Shown: piece by piece, positions 25,594 to 39,200 of the stretch
Layout of the letters: each line of letters begins with the position of its first letter
How positions within the stretch are numbered: position 1 is the stretch's first letter
Assembly (NCBI GenBank): GCA_010093815.1
Contig: ML996568.1
Direction: 5' to 3' (one strand)
DNA: 64,000 nt
Source: Pseudovirgaria hyperparasitica
Lineage: Eukaryota
Position numbers and translations under genes: made by a program
The notes under the pieces: generated by a model
Seen by the model: the letters and a program-made list of their open reading frames with translations, nothing else
Told to the model about the DNA's origin: nothing
Databases searched by the model: none

Positions 25594-27249
25594 GATGGAG
25601 AGGTGATGTGACTTGTGTGATTGGAGATGAAGGAGGACAAGGTGGATGATGGAAAGTGGATGAGGTCTTGACAAGGAATTGACTATGAATTTGGACAATT
25701 GAAAAGAGAAGAAGAAGAAGAAGGAAACGAAGAAATCAAGCCAGAGTGAGGCCCTTTTATAGCTACACTGACCGGCTAGAGCAAGGATTGACTGATCGGG
25801 GGCATCCGTTTGATCCCTTCTACCCTCCGCTCTCGACGAGAAGCCCCCGCTCAAAACAGTGATAGAGCGGCATGAGTGAGTAACCTATGAGAGAAGGCTC
25901 CGCTCGCGCGGCGGCGAGTGAATGGCCAGAGAAGGGGGTGCATGTTTGGGTGGCCTCGGGCGTAGACGCATGCGGATCCACGGCCAGATGCATGTCCACG
26001 GCAATTGGAAAGCAACAATTGGTCCCCGGGCAGGGCCTAAGAGGACGAGACAGAAGTTCGTATCAGTTAGAGGACAAGTTAGCGTTGGGCGGCGGGCACG
26101 AAGGACAGAAGTGGCGGGAATGGGAAATGGGAATAGGCTTGCATGACAAGGGGGAAACGAAATGATGGTGAGAGGGCCGAGCCAGAAACAGAGGCACACA
26201 CAAAAACGGAGACGGCAGGCTAAGAACAGGCGCAGAATGGGTCAAAGCAGTGAGCGGTGATGCAAGCGGAGTATGCTGCAATTGAAAGTGAGTGGTAGAT
26301 AGGAGAGTGGTGGTAGAGGGCGAGTGTTGTCAATTGATGTGTTGTCAAGCCGTAGCCCTGTCTGTAGCAGGATCCACCAAGGGACCATCAGCATCTGTCA
26401 AGGGGCATTTGGTGGTGCAGCCCGACGACGACAGCGACTGGGGAAAATAAGCGCGATGACGAGTAGCAAGCAGGCAATGAGAGAGTTTAGCTAAGCCAGT
26501 AGCAGCATAATGATGAGGCATGGAAGCATGGATCAATTGACTTGTCCGTCGTCCCTCGTAGTCATCATCATCCATTCTTCGTCTCCCTTTCACTCGGTAG
26601 TTCTGACGGGTAAAGATGACAGGGCGGAAATTATGATGGATAATTTACGTAAACTATAATGGTAATAAACGTGTAAAGTATAAAGGGTGCGTCAAGTCTG
26701 GGACCGATTCAAGAGAGTTTTGGACATAATCTTAAGTCGAAAAGTGGAAGTCACGAGTCATCGGGTCGCGCTTTCTGTAATACTAGTAACTACGTCAAGG
26801 TTTAAGGTAAGGCTGCCGTCCAGGCATCAACCTTGTTGCCTTGTCGCCTGCCCCCTCAGGGTTTATTGAAGGCGACTCGGCGAGTGGTCACAACGTTAAA
26901 CTTACCTCGGCCACTGTTTAGAGATGGCGAAACAGCAATTAATTCGTGAGCAGCACGACTGAACGAATGAAAGATATAGTCACGTCAGTGTTCATAAATG
27001 TATGAACTTGAAAGGACAGCCGTCTATTAACCACGCACTCATCATGCGGATATCCAAGTCCCAACACACCCTTAGTGAGTATATATATATATGCAACCCG
27101 CTCGAATCCCGCAGCAATAGGCAAGCAATACAAGAAAGAAAAACCAACCAACAACAACAACAATGGAAAAAAAAGACTATGCCACTCCAAGGGCCGTAAA
27201 AACACAGGCTCAAGAAAACTCGTGATTTGCTCTCCCTAGGCCTTCCTCC

Positions 27250-30200
27250 TCACAATGCGTCCCGCATGTCGACGCTCATGGTACTGGCATTCCCGCCTCC
27301 CATGCTCAATGCTCCACTCATCACCCTCACCACCTTCTTCTCCTTTGGCCGTGCGACAAGCACTTGCGCCGGACAGACGACAATCTCGTCCTCGCCCTCT
27401 CCATTGTCATCCCCTTTCTTGACCACAAGCGGGAACAGCACCAGTCGCACAACCGCCCCGCGCTGTTCCAGTTCTTCGTTTGATGACGTCTCGCCCGACC
27501 GCTCATTCATAAGCGAGGCGTTGAAGTGCACCTTGCGCACAAGCTCGCCGTGCTCGTCGTAATCAGGCTGCAGTGGCGGTAGCATAATGTATTCGGCACG
27601 CTGGCTGCGCATTTCGATCGACAGCGTGATTGCCAGTCTGAGGATGTTGCGCAGCGACTCTTGGATCCCCGTGACAGCGTCGCGTGGTGGTGGTAGTAGA
27701 CGCGCGAGCGTGCTGTAAATCTCGTGCACCACAGCCTCCGTGTCCTGTGCGCGTTGCTCTTGGAATGCTGCACGCTTGCTGAGCAGTGTAAGGGTGATTG
27801 CGCGCCATTGGGCGACTGCACGCTGTGGCCCGATTTCTTGTAATTGCTTTTCCAGCGCCTTGAGCTTTTGCCGCTGGTCGCGGTCCATGCCGAAAAGATA
27901 GCGAGTAAAGACGAATTCCCACACCATGGTCATAACTACACTCATGAAGACATCGCGGCGCTTTTGCCGGTCTTCCAACAACACGTCAACTTCAGATCCG
28001 TCGAGGATGGCGTTGTCGAGCCGGCCTTCGGTCTTCTCGTCATTGATTTGCGAGGACAAGAGGCATTTACGCTTGTCCGAGAGCTTGGAGAAGCGCAGGA
28101 CCCAGCCCTGGACTCTTTCGCAGAGTTTCTGACAGGCCGTATCAAAGTAGTCCTCGTCACGCACGGTGAGGAAGCTTTCGCCTTCTTTTGTTGACAGAAT
28201 CTTGGATTTGGTGCGCTGGATTGTCACCAGCGCAGCTTGCAGCTCGCCATTCAGTCGTTGAATCTCGGCGTTCTTCTCCGACAGTTGCGATTCAATCTCA
28301 CCGCGAACAACAGTCTCGTAACTCGACTTCATTCGTTCGTTTTGGGCACGCAATGCTTCCAAGGCCAGGATGGATGCTTGCCATTCCTTGTTCGCATGCG
28401 AGCTCTCGGCCTGCAGCGTCGCATAGCGTTCGTTGGTGTCGGCGGTGAGGTTGCGATTGGCCTCGGTCAACTGATCGTTGATGAGAGTCAGGCGGTGGAC
28501 CTCTTCTTGCATGGCCCGCAGCGTTTCCGTAAGTTGGGCAATTTCGGCATCTTTGGCACGGATGTCCTGGTCACGTGCCTGGACCTGTTCAGAGATGACT
28601 TGGTGGTCGAGAGCACGTTGTTGGACGGAGTGATGGATGTTTTCCTCGGCGGCGCGTCGGGCTTCCTGCAACTTTTGGTTTTCGGCTTCCATCATACGAA
28701 CTTGTGCCTCGAGATCCATAATTTGCATGCTTTGTCGCTTGCGCACGCTGGGTGGTCGCGTCGGCGACATTGGCGAGGCCTGCACGTGGCCCAATCCCTC
28801 CTAAGGCGCGTCAGCTTCTGTGTTTTCCATCAAATATATTTGGCGAGCAAAACTTACGTAGACATCGTCCATCTCAATGGCGCGACCCTTACCCTTATCC
28901 TTCCTGGGATCATAGGTGGATGCGCGTGCGGTGCTTGTTGTTTTGTCGAGAGGTGATGGTGTTTGTGGTTTTGCGATCGAGGGTCCAGCGCTACTGCCAC
29001 CGCCACCACCGCCACCACCGCCACCACTCGGTCCTGCCTCGCTTAATCGGGCTTGGGCTCTTAGGTCACCTGACACGCTCCTGTCCACTCGTCGTAAAGG
29101 CGGAGTGGCTGATCGATTGCTGACTGAACTCAGGGGTCGCAGATGCTCAGCAGTCTTGTACTTGCTGCTACTGCCTCCCGATCTCTCGCTGACCGCAGAC
29201 AACGGCGATGCGATCCGGGGCGACGGCTTGACTGGATCAAAGTCACCACTGGCTGACCGTGAGTGGCGTTGTGAGAGTGATCCACGCAACGGACTGAGTG
29301 TGAGATGTCGGTCCGTCCCAACAATCCCCTTTTCTTCGTCAATCTCAGGCCATGGCATCGACTCAATGATTTCATCTGTTGATAGCGGCGAAATGTCACG
29401 CTGATACTTGCCAAGTGGTGTATGGGGAGGTGACCGCTGCTGTGACTGCGACACCTGCTCCTCCTGTAACGACGCGCGCACCTTTTTACGTGACTTGACT
29501 CCTCTTTCCGGTGCACCGACATCGCTAATGTCCCGGTTCTTCTTGCTTAACGGCGAATCATCCGGACTGTATTCGCGGATCGTGTCGAGGGGCACGCTGG
29601 GGGATCGTAAGTGTCGAGTTGGTGTAGCTGTGTATGCTTGTCGCTCGACATCAATCGTAGAACCGTCCCCAAATACTGACCGCAACCCCTCTTCGCCTTT
29701 GAGTGGCGAGTCCATCGAAACATCTTGTTGCTCGATGCTTGGTAAGATACGATGCTGGCTGGCTGGGAATGATGGTGGTGATACTGCGCGTTGGGGTGGC
29801 GTTTCTCGCATTCGTTCTGTAGCAGGTGACTCAGTGGGCGTTCCAAATTGAACAGAAGGTGATGATTTAAACAAGTACGAGGCACGCTGCTTCGTAGTCG
29901 AGTCAACGGCGGAAGGTGTCGTCATACCTGGACTTCCACTAGGAAGTTGAGGACTCTCTTCTTCTACAGCCCGGGAAATGGATTTCTGTGGTGTCATGTT
30001 TTCCTCGCTAGGACTGTTATATAGTGCTGCTGAAGATTCGTGCGAAAGTCTTTTCTTCTTCACAGGCAACTCCCACCCAACCTGACTGTTGTTGTTTGAT
30101 TTATCGTGAAATACATCTGTTTCCGCCGGAGGGGTGGTCATCAACTCGGGCGTTCTTTGCTCTATTGTATTGTTCAACTCGTCCTTGACCTCTGGCCTTC

Positions 30201-33200
30201 CTTGTCGCTCCATACTGTTCCCTTCAACATTGTTACCTGTCGGGTCCACCGTCGGTGTCAGTGGCGTATCGTGATACCCACTATCTCGGACCGTGTTTTC
30301 ATTAGTTGGGCCTGACGCTATGGTAGGGGAGTCATCAATATGCAAGGCACTGTCCCGCGTCTCAGCTGGGAATTCCCAGGACGGCTCTTGGACGTCCCTT
30401 AGACTGCGATCACTTCGTACTTTGTGAAGCTCCGACTCTGGAACTGCCAAGACTGCCTGCTCTAGTGGTGCATTTACTTCACCTGATATTGATAACTTTT
30501 TATCGACCGTGGAGCCAGTCGTCGTGCTCTCCTCCGGTGTCTTCTCGGGTAGATGTACGCGTTTCTCCTTCGGCTCGAGTGCCGTTACTGATGCTGGTGC
30601 GCGGCGCTTGACGCGTTCTACTCCGGGGAAGAGGTCTGCAATCTTGGATCCACTAGGTTTCAGTTTCGCACTTTCGTCATAAGGTGAGCGCGCTCGTGGA
30701 CCGTCTTCAGCGGTGAGTTTCTCAGTCGATGCCTTTGACGGTTCATCCTTTGGCTCGACGTCTTGCTCTCGAGCTTTATCTTCCAAGACTTTCGAAATCG
30801 CTGCCCCTATTGCAGCTCCCACTCCTATGTCTTTTGCCGTGTCGAGCACGTCGGTTGCAGGTGTCACCGAGCCGCTGTTCTTTTTTCCTTTTCTCCCTTT
30901 CTTGCTTGACTTTCTGGAGGGTATAGAGCTTGCAAGGTAATCATGCTCGACAGGTATGGACTCTTCCGGAGCCTTGTTCTCAGCGGTGGTCGATTGTACG
31001 TCTAAACCAAAGGCGGCTTCATCCACTTCCTTTTCTACAGGTGTGGCAGATCCCGACTCTTGCGCCTTTTGTGCCTTCTTGCCCTTCTCGCCTTTCTTGC
31101 CCTTCGGGTTTGTTGTCAATTCCTTGTCCTTGTCCTCTGCTTCGACAACCAAGTCTTTTGGAGTATCTAGACCGCCCTCGTGAGGAACCTCGGTGGAATG
31201 AATGTTACTCCCCAGAGCGGTAGAAGCAGCTTCAAAATTTTCCATTTCTTCGGCCCAGTCGAATGCTTTTGAAGGTTCCCCGACCTCTGTCTGCGATTTA
31301 TCCGTGGTCGATGTCTCCAAGGGTGTCTCAAATTCTCTTGATAATTCAGACTGCGCCTCTGTAGGAAGGAGATCCTGAGTGCTAATTACTTGGTCAGATG
31401 AGGCAGTATGCCCTTCAATAGCTTCTTGCGGCATGTCGACTTGGTCCCCCTTAGCCCTCGCAGGTTCGGCAGTTGCATCAATGGTCGAATCAACGATGTT
31501 CTTCGGCGAAATAGACTCGATGGCGTCGGAAGTGCTGGAGCTAAGCGATTCTTGTTGAGCTTTCTTGCCTTTCTTTCCCTTTTTGCTCTTCTTGATTGGC
31601 TCAGGGCTCCATACGTCTTCAACAGGTATTTTCATTTGTTGTTCATCCTCGAGCGCGGGATGGTTTTGTACGACGTCGTTGACCGCTGTAGAATCGTTTT
31701 CGGGCTCTACTTGCGTTTCGGCAATGGGATGTTCAACATCGCCTTTCTTGGGGGCATCGAGTGTCAAGGATTCTACATTATCCAGTGCATCCTTCAGCTC
31801 AGCTGAGACAGGCTCTTGTGGCGTCACAGGCTGACTGTTGCGTCCTTTCTTCTTCTTCGGCCTTTTCATCCATGAGCCATCCTCGGGCTCAATTGGTAAC
31901 GCCTCAGCCGGGGACGACCTTCCAGACGCCGTGCTGAGTCCTGCAGCAGCAAGACCTGCAGCAACAATGGCATCAAAAGACGAATCGCTTGGCAAGGGTA
32001 CATCGAGTTGAGAAGATATGCTCGCCTCGCCTTGCTCGGGAGTGTGAGAGGCACTGAACTCATTTTGAGAATTACCACGGTTCTTTTTGCCTTTCTTGGC
32101 CTTCTTCTTTGATGTCGTAGTGAATAACTCTTCCGCTTCAGGCTCGATGGCGGACTGTGGAGGAGAACGCTGGAGAAAACTAGGATCTGTCGTAATTATA
32201 TTAGAATTAAAGCCAGCGTCTTCTAGACCTGCTGCGACAGTGGCCGCAAAGTCAACATCGCTCGGAGATGGACTGCGTTTCACAGGAACTGGAGCTTCTT
32301 GTTCGGGTTGCGTCAAAGTTTCCAAGCTGTTCGAGTCTTTAGTGACTTCATCAGGCAAAACTCGACTATGGTAGCCCGAGTCTTGATGTGTGGACGCAGA
32401 TAGGGAGTCAGCGGTAGGTTCCACAGTTACGTCTTCATCCACTTTAACAGCCTTTTCACTGCTCCGCTGATCCACTAATTGAGAATCAGGTGCATCAGTA
32501 GGGACTTCAGGCTCAGACCAGGATATCGATTTTGTTTTCTTGGACTTCTTCTTCTCCTTTTTACTGGATGTCCTGCTAACACTGGCCGACGGAAGATCTT
32601 CTTGGACTGTCTCAATTGGATTTGCCTCGATGTTCGAGATCGCAGGCTCTTCGACAACCGGCTGCATGACTTCCGATGTTTCTTTAACTGTATCGGAAGT
32701 CTTGGCCATTAAATCATTCCCGGCCTGTTCGGAAGATTCAGCAGTCTCCGAAAGGGTTTCTTTGTTCTTCTTCCCTTTCCTTTTATCCTTCTTACTTTTC
32801 TTCGTGGGTGCTTCGATCGCGGCATCATTTGGGATCGTAACCTGATCAAGTGTATCAGAAGCATCTGCATTGGTCGCTTCGACGGGGGCGGGAACGTTGG
32901 AAGAACTCGGGGAATTGAGATCGCGTGTCGGACTTGAAGGCCTCACAGCAGCAGCTACCAAGCCCCATGGGTCGCTTATGGTTGGTCCTGACCGAGGCTC
33001 TTGATCCTGCTTTTGCTCATCCAAAGTGACAGATTCAGAAGCAGGTATTTCGGCGGCAAGCGGCGTTGCAGTAGGCAGAACAGGATTGGCCTCTTCGATG
33101 TCATTAGCTGGGTGTAAAGATTGCTCTTCTGTGTAAGCAGAGGCCCCTAGCTGCGGGACTGACTCCTCCCCTGTGGTTCGAGAAATTTCAGAAGTTGGTT

Positions 33201-36200
33201 GGTCCACGGAGGATATATTTGGTGGCGAATTGGACCTAGCCTGATCTGTGAGAGCTGCTAAGACTTGTGGCTCGTCTTCTTCTTTGATCGGTGTTTCATT
33301 TGATTCTGTGATTGCGGGACGAAGAAGTGAACCTGTCTCTTCCGTAGCCTTATAATCCTGAAGTTCGGTAGCGACTTGTGAGTCTTCCACGAACGAGAGT
33401 GAAGAGTTGTCTTCCACTGGCAAAGGAATTTGCACAGGGTCCACCGTAGTCACTTCTGGCTCAGGTTTGGAAGTTTCATGCGCAGGCTCTGGTTCCATGC
33501 TTGTATCTGGCTCGTTTTGTTTACCTTTCTTCCCCCTTTTCCCTTTCTTCTTTTTCGATGTTGAAGCTTTGGTATCTTCTGGCTCGGGATCAGGCCCCGC
33601 AAGACTATCGACAGGTTTATCAGAGGGGACGCTTGGCGTAGCCTCGCCAGCACTCTGGACGGACACCGGGACAGAGCTAGCCTCTTGAGAGATCATCTCT
33701 TTACCCTCAGTAATTGTGGCTCTGGGTACCTCTGTTTGTTCTTGTGGTATGTCGACAGCGGTATCGTAGGTAGACGTGCGCTTGCCCTTCTTTGATTTCT
33801 TTCCTTTTTTCGGAGGTTCAGCCCATATGTCCTCCGCCGCAGTCTCAGCTGGCTTGGCGGCTTCTGGTGTGAGCTCGACAGGCCCAGGCGCAGGCTCGGA
33901 AGGCTCTCTTGTCTGTTGCGCATCTTCAACTGGAGCGTGGAAGTGTTCGTCTGCATCATTCTGGCCTTGCTCCACCGTCGAAGTCAAAGAATTTCCCGCA
34001 GGTTCGTTCCAATTTTTTGCACGCATGAAAGCGTCAAGCTCAGCTTTGTCTATCGGCTCAGCATCTAGGCCTTCTGTAAGATCATCACGAGTTATTTCGG
34101 CAGAAGCTTGCTTAGAATCGAGATCTTGTAAATCGTCCTTCTTCATGTCAGAGTCGGAAGGTTGGTTCTCTACCGGAACAGGCGTGGCAATAGTAAACTC
34201 AGGTACCGAAACGTCAGGGCCATGGTGCAACATTCCTTCCGTGGAGTCTGCAGAACCTTCAACTGGTACATCTGTAACGACGGTGTCAAGAGGGCACGTT
34301 GGGTAGTTCTCGTCGGTCGTGCCTTGCTCTTGAAGCTCGGGTTCGATCTTGTCGTCAGTCTGCGTGGACTTACTTGGCTCATCTTCTGTGGTACTTGACT
34401 CTTGAGGAATAGACGCGGTATCAGCTAGCGAGGTCTCCGGTTCCGGAGGCACAACAAGGCTAGAGCTACGTTTGTTCTTCTTTCCTTTCTTGCTCTTTTT
34501 GGGTGCTTCGGCCACCTCCTCGTCCAAGTTGGGTCCGTCTGGAGCGGTGGGTGTGACAGGAGTTGGATTTTCGGTTATGCTTAACTCTGCATGTACAGGC
34601 GCGATCTCTGCCGACAAAACGTCCGGCTCCGTAGGGGTAACAAAGCCAGAGCTGCGTTTGCCCTTCTTTCCTTTCTTAGTTTTCTTCGGTACGGGAGCAA
34701 TAGAATCTTCAATTTGGGGATCGAGAGGAGTAGTGGATGTGTTGTCCGCGACTTGATCTTCAACCTGCTCAGGGCTCTGAGCAGATTCATCTTTAGTTTC
34801 AGGGCCGTCGGGCGAAATGTTCTCGGCAGGATTTTCGGGGACCGCAGGAACTGTTTCGATAGGTACAACAGTGTCGGTTAGCAAGGTCTCGGTAGGTTGG
34901 CTCTCAGCACTCTCTTTAGCCATGGGCACCGCTTCAACTGCTTCTACGGGCACAGCCGTGTCAATAGAGGACGGCAAAGGGTTCTCGGGCGCATTGTCCT
35001 TTGCGGGCAGCTCATTTGGTGATGGCCCAACGGTGGCGCTCGCATCTGTTTTTGTTTGAGAGGCCGATGTGGTGTCAAGAGTGCTAGGATCTTGCAGCTC
35101 TCCGGGAATATCTTCCTTAACAGCCTCCTCTTTGACAGGTTGTTCTGTAGCAGCTTCTTCCGCAACAGCTTTTTCTGCAGCGGCGTCTTCTGCAACAATC
35201 GGAGACGCTATTGCTGTGGTGCCACGTTTCGCCTTCTTTGCTTTCTTTCCTTTCTTGCTCGACGCATTAGCCTTTGACGTATCCTCAGTTCCAGCAGAAC
35301 TCTCCTCGGGCACTGGCATAGTAGACATTTCTTGTGTATCATGAGGAATCTTCTCGTCCGTTGCGACTTCTCCAGCCAAAGGATTGGCATCTTCCTGCGA
35401 GCCGATAGGAACTGAAGTCTCTTCAAGTTTTTGCTCATCAGCAATGGAGCCGCGCTTCGACGCCTTGCCTTTCTTGCTCTTCTTCTTCTTAGACGGCTGG
35501 GACTGAATATCGGGCTCGGCTGTAGGGTTCTGCGACTCAGCTACGAATGGATCTTGGGGAATGGTCTGGGCAGCCTTTAGATCTGGGGATGCTGGTAGTT
35601 CGTACGTTTCAGGTTCTCTAATCAAACGGTGGTCATCGTTACCATCAACAGGGTCGGACTGTGGATCTGGCATTATGTCGCTCATCACTGCAACTGATGA
35701 GTCAACATCTTGGGGGGATACCTGAACCTTGGGAACTTCTACATTTACATCTGACTGGGCGGATAACGACTGTTCTAGAGCAACGTCTTCCTGTTCAGGG
35801 GTAATGTCTTGGTCCTCGGAAGGAACATCTTGCTGTTCAAGTGAAACGTCTTGCTTGTGGACAGGCGTGTCTTGCTGTTTAGAGGAATTGTCTTGGTCGC
35901 GAAGAGCATCTTGCTGTTGTAGAGGAGCATCCTGCTGAACTGGGACTTCTTCACTCGGTGTCTGTGTACCAGACATAGACTTCTTCTTGCCCTTTTTATT
36001 TTTCTTGCCTTTCTTTGCTGTCGTAGGCCATTCCTCCTCGATCGGATCGGACTGTGCCGGCTGATCATTCGACGATGCTGCCTCGGTGGCGACTGGGACT
36101 TCGGTGACAGCACCTCGGTCGGTTATACTTTCAGACTGCGTGATAGCACCAGCTTCGGCCTGCGTATCCGCTGTGTCTGGTACGACTTCTGACTCGACCA

Positions 36201-39200
36201 CGGTCGATTCGGCATCTTTGTCTTCGATGGGCTGTGGTAGCTCTTCTTGAGGCAGGTCTGATGCAGGAGAGGAAGATTTAGTAATTTCAGGGGCAGTGTT
36301 TTCGAGAGCATCGTGGTCAGCTTGAATACTTTCATCGCCGATAATTGAAGGTTTGTCTAATGTCTCTTGGGAGTCAGACGTAGCAGGCTTGTCGAGAGTA
36401 GAAGGGGGTTCTGCCGGTGTGCTATTACTAGGCACCGGATCCATCGTTGAGTCTGCTACATCTGTGCCAGACTTATTGGCTTTGTTTTTCTTCCCCTTCT
36501 TGGCCTTCTTGGTCGGTTTTCCCCATTCATCTGGTTGAACATCGGCAGTCTCAGCAGAAGTAGCAGGCTGTTCGGTCGCCTCTGCGGCTGTGGCAACCAC
36601 AGGAATTGTAGTAGCAAGTATCGTGTCCTGGCTGAGATCGCTGGGCGCATTTATTGGCTCTTCGATTGCTGAATCTTTTGGTGTTGTTGTACCGGATGCC
36701 TTGTTCTTCTTTCCTTTCTTGCCCTTCTTTGGCTTTTGCGAGGTCTCTTCCCGGTCATCCTGAGCAATCGACTGATTGTCCGTTGGGGGACTTGGATCTT
36801 CGCCGGGTACAGGCAGTGCAGCTTCAATCTTTTGAGACTCGTCATTCTCTATACGCTGTTCGGGCTCAGTCGCAGCGCCGCTGTCAGTCTGTACTACATC
36901 ACCAGAGAGATCCTCGGCTTGCTCTGAACGCGACAAGTCTGCACTGTTGGGTGTCGGCTCATGTAGGTCAGTCGGGATAGGATCATGAACCAAACTTGCT
37001 GCAGGTAAGGGCTCTGGCTGGACCGCTGCCTCGGAGGATACAGAACCCTTTTGGGCTTTAGCTTTTTTGTTCTTCTTACCCTTCTTCTTGGCAGAAGCTC
37101 CCAAGTCATCGCTGACAGCCGTAGTGCTATTGTCTAGCTGCTTCTCAGAGCTACGCGGAGAATCTTCACCTGAGGGAGTTTGAGCCGTGGCGGAGGAAGG
37201 GTTGGCTTGTTCTTCAACTACTTCGTGAGATTCGACATTTGTCACAGTTGATGGCTCTGACGGTGTATCTGATCTTGCAGCCGGCGTAGTGCCAACGGGT
37301 TCTTCGGTAACTGTTTTACGTTTTCCTTTGCCCTTCTTGCTCTTCTTTGACTTCGAAGCCCACTCGTCATCAGCTACATCGTCTTTTGGTGTGGTTTCGG
37401 CTGACGGATCTGACAGAACTACGAGCGCTGACGCCTGCTGGGCTGTAGAGACTTCATCACTTGATATGATGGAAGACGGTTCCAGGGTTTTGGCCTCATC
37501 GGGTATTTCCACCGTATCGGCTGCGGCGATTGCAGAAGTTGTGCCGTCCGGATTGGCGATCAGAGACTCATCATCGTGGGCTGCAGTCTTACTTTCAGCC
37601 TCCTTACTCGTGGGCAATGACTTGTCGATATTTTCAGAAACGATGTCCCCGCTTTTCAGTTCGTCCACATCAGGACCGGGGGTAGCCCCACTCTCTGGAA
37701 GTATTTGAGTTTTTTCAAGAGGAAGCGCTGTGAGAGGTTCTTCTTCGGTTTCGAAATTTTGCGGTAGTGAAGTAGAGAGTGAGTCTGTGCCTTCTGCGAG
37801 GAGTTCTCGGGTTTGTTCGGGCTCTCTGGGACGATCTACATTTGAGACAGGCTTGTGCTCGACTGACATGTTCCGTACATCATGAGCAAGCTGATGGTCA
37901 ATTGCTGGTGATGTGGAATCTTTGGTTGTCGGAATTCCCTGATCCGTCATGATCTCTTGCACAGTTTCTACGGCAGCCGGGAGATCCTGTGCAGAGACAA
38001 GTTCTCCCTTTGGCTCGGGTTTTGCTTGAGAGGCCTCAACCGGTGTGCTCTTCTTTGCCCACCATCCACCCAAAAGAGCACCTCCCCAACCACTCTGGCC
38101 AGACAGTATCGTGTTGAATCCATGGCTGACAGTGGCAGTATTATTGCTTGATCCTGTAGACTGCTGAGTCTGTGAATCATCTCGTTCGCGATCGGCTAAT
38201 GTGAGACTAGATTCTGAAGCCTTTTGGTGGACGTCACTAAGCTTTTCAGGCGTGGTCACTCTTGATGACTTATCGTCGATAGTCTGGTCGACAGGCACGA
38301 CAAGGGCGCTTGGATCAACGTCAGATGTTGATTGTTCAGCGGAGATGGTAACATCCAGTGGAACGGTTGCTTCTTCGCTAAACTCAAGACTGGACGGCTT
38401 TCGTTTCTTATCTTTCTTCGACTTCTTCCTCGATGCTTTAGACGTCGTAGTTTCAGGTACTTCAGGCTCAGCGTCGGTCGTTTCCACAGCAGTAGAGGGT
38501 AAAGTACTAGACTTCATGGAGTCTTTGTCTTGGGTTTGTGCAAGAGATTCGGTCTGTGGTATCGAAGTCTCCACTTTCGAAACATCGTCGAGCTCGCGTG
38601 ACTCTTCTAGCTTGGTATCTACGGGCGAAGCTTGAGATACTGTCATCTGCGACAAAGCTGACTCTTCAGGTATGGACGCCGAGACTTCTTTTGCCTCTTC
38701 TGCAATAGCAGGAACATCAGGTTTGACTTCCTCTTGTCTATCGGGTTGGTTCGACTTGGTATCATCTAAATCTTCCTTTATCGTCTCATCAGCAACCTGA
38801 TCTTGAGTGGGTTGGTTGTTTTCCGCTGATGTAGAGCCCTGCGAAGCTTCGGTCGAGTTTTCAGGGATCACATCTTCGCTTATAGAGAGTCCACGCTTGC
38901 CCTTCTTGGCTTTGCCCTTCTTCTTGCCTTTGCCGACAGAGTCTCTTCGCATGAGCGCATCAGGCACCGTTGATGTAACAGTCGGGCTTGGAGGCACCTT
39001 CTCGGCGTCGGACACCGATTTTGGGGTTTTAGGCGTCGATGGCTCTTCGTACCAGCTGTCGACGCCAAAAGCGGCATCTTGTTCCCTCAGGGTCTGTTGT
39101 TCTGCGAGAGACATTTCCATTGGGACTCCAGGCTCGGACACGGATTCTTTGCCCTTCTTTCCTTTCTTGCTCTTCTTCGAGGATGTGCGTGAAGGGGTGA

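Noticed and set aside
27250..28794. 514-aa ORF as a separate coiled-coil gene
   Set aside because: It begins with a non-ATG codon and is joined in frame to the giant ORF by a canonical 57-nt intron.
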